64,000 bases of DNA from Alphaproteobacteria bacterium (GTDB taxonomy: Bacteria > Pseudomonadota > Alphaproteobacteria > RF32 > CAG-239). Each line of letters opens with the position of its first letter. Positions within the stretch are counted from its first letter, which is position 1. The stretch lies in assembly GCA_015062235.1 (NCBI GenBank), contig SUUZ01000008.1, forward strand, positions 272 to 64,271. Reading direction: 5' to 3'. The notes beneath the pieces are model-generated. The model ran no database searches and was not told the DNA's origin. It saw nothing but the letters and a program-made list of their open reading frames with translations. Position numbers and translations under genes: made by a program. This document shows positions 63,521 through 64,000 of this stretch, piece after piece.

Positions 63521-64000
63521 ATGCTGTTGAAAAGAGGTTTTTATTTATCTTGTTTTGCATTAGCTACTGTTTTTATGGTAGGTGGATGTGCGAGTTCGGT
63601 TTTTCCTGATTTTGAAGACTATAACGAAATTATCGTAGATGATGGAGGTAAGGTTGAAATCAGAGAAGTTGATGCGAGAGGTATATTGGTTAGCGATAAA
63701 GAAAATGCCTCGTATGAAGATGATGATTTAATCGAAAACGAAGCTGAGGAAATTACACCAGCAAAAGTTGTTGCTGTCGAAACAGCTGAAATAGATCCAC
63801 TTCCCAGTGAAGAGCAAAAGGAACTAGTTGATAATTTGGATGAAACTACCACCATTGTAAAAGAAGACGAAAAAGTCAATGAAAAGGTTGTTATAGCTGA
63901 TGAGGAAGATGAAGATAAAATAACCGAACCAACGGTTAATTATTTGGCTGCAACAATTTATTTTGAGAATGGTGGAGCTGTAGTTGCTTCATCATATAAT
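63521..64000 (+). CDS. Lipoprotein with acidic linker, 3' end off window (possibly OmpA/Pal-like C-terminal domain beginning)
   Basis: My own translation: MLLKRGFYLSCFALATVFMVGGCASS (lipobox), an Asp/Glu-rich linker, then TVNYLAATIYFENGGAVVASSYN at the window edge. The frame is open for all 160 codons. The minus ORF 63619..63879 is its shadow. Confidence 0.65.
   Translation, partial: MLLKRGFYLSCFALATVFMVGGCASSVFPDFEDYNEIIVDDGGKVEIREVDARGILVSDKENASYEDDDLIENEAEEITPAKVVAVETAEIDPLPSEEQKELVDNLDETTTIVKEDEKVNEKVVIADEEDEDKITEPTVNYLAATIYFENGGAVVASSYN

Noticed and set aside
63619-63879. 86-aa minus-strand Ser-rich ORF
   Set aside because: It is antisense to the open, lipobox-bearing plus-strand frame that runs from 63521 to the window end.
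1-64000. Search for CRISPR arrays, IS elements or transposases, integrases, prophage genes, rRNA and known defence-system genes
   Set aside because: I found no regularly spaced direct repeats with unique spacers, no transposase- or integrase-like translations, and no rRNA-like stretches. The only tandem repeats are coding (the 81-nt and 39-bp units). The only recombinase-like gene is the degenerate resolvase-fold gene reported above.

Overview
This is a 64-kb chromosomal segment from a low-G+C Gram-negative bacterium. Gene content and synteny point to an alphaproteobacterium, probably host-associated: lpxI instead of lpxH, flaF, plsY-dprA-topA, pyrH-frr-uppS-cdsA-rseP-bamA-lpxD-fabZ, and a sigma54-type promoter before flgE. 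I cannot name the organism from sequence alone. Layout: (1) 1-9.6 kb is an accessory-looking stretch. It holds NUDIX and HAD hydrolases, two tandem genes for unusual 27-residue repeat proteins with duplicated upstream blocks, an M23 peptidase-bactofilin pair, an isolated flgE-gtrA unit, and an RgpF-like gene behind a structured leader. (2) 9.7-17.4 kb (minus strand) is the conserved envelope cluster fabZ to pyrH. (3) 17.5-21.8 kb is plsY-dprA-topA. (4) 21.9-37.3 kb is a visibly more AT-rich surface-glycan island ending at tRNA-Leu(CAA). It consists of two tightly packed divergent operons. A 120-bp promoter cassette between them is bracketed by inverted 18-bp sites and sits next to a resolvase-fold gene whose catalytic motifs look degenerate. 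This is my top candidate for something new. (5) 37.6-45.8 kb holds orphan flaF, a solute-binding protein, a GST, a lipoprotein and an RND efflux operon. (6) 46.1-51.1 kb is lpxA-lpxI-lpxB-comEC, separated from fabZ in a way that one ~36-kb inversion would explain. (7) 51-64 kb holds an HxlR-type regulator, a FadL-type porin, a GT4 gene plus thrS, a translationally coupled pair of SemiSWEET-like genes, an RNase H-like gene, a DegT aminotransferase, mlaA-mlaC, galE, a DUF1566 fragment, a DUF192 lipoprotein with a 39-bp coding VNTR, a Panacea/DUF4065-like gene and a partial lipoprotein. I saw no rRNA, CRISPR array, transposase or prophage structural genes. All calls rest on reading the translations and the DNA by eye; no database search was run.
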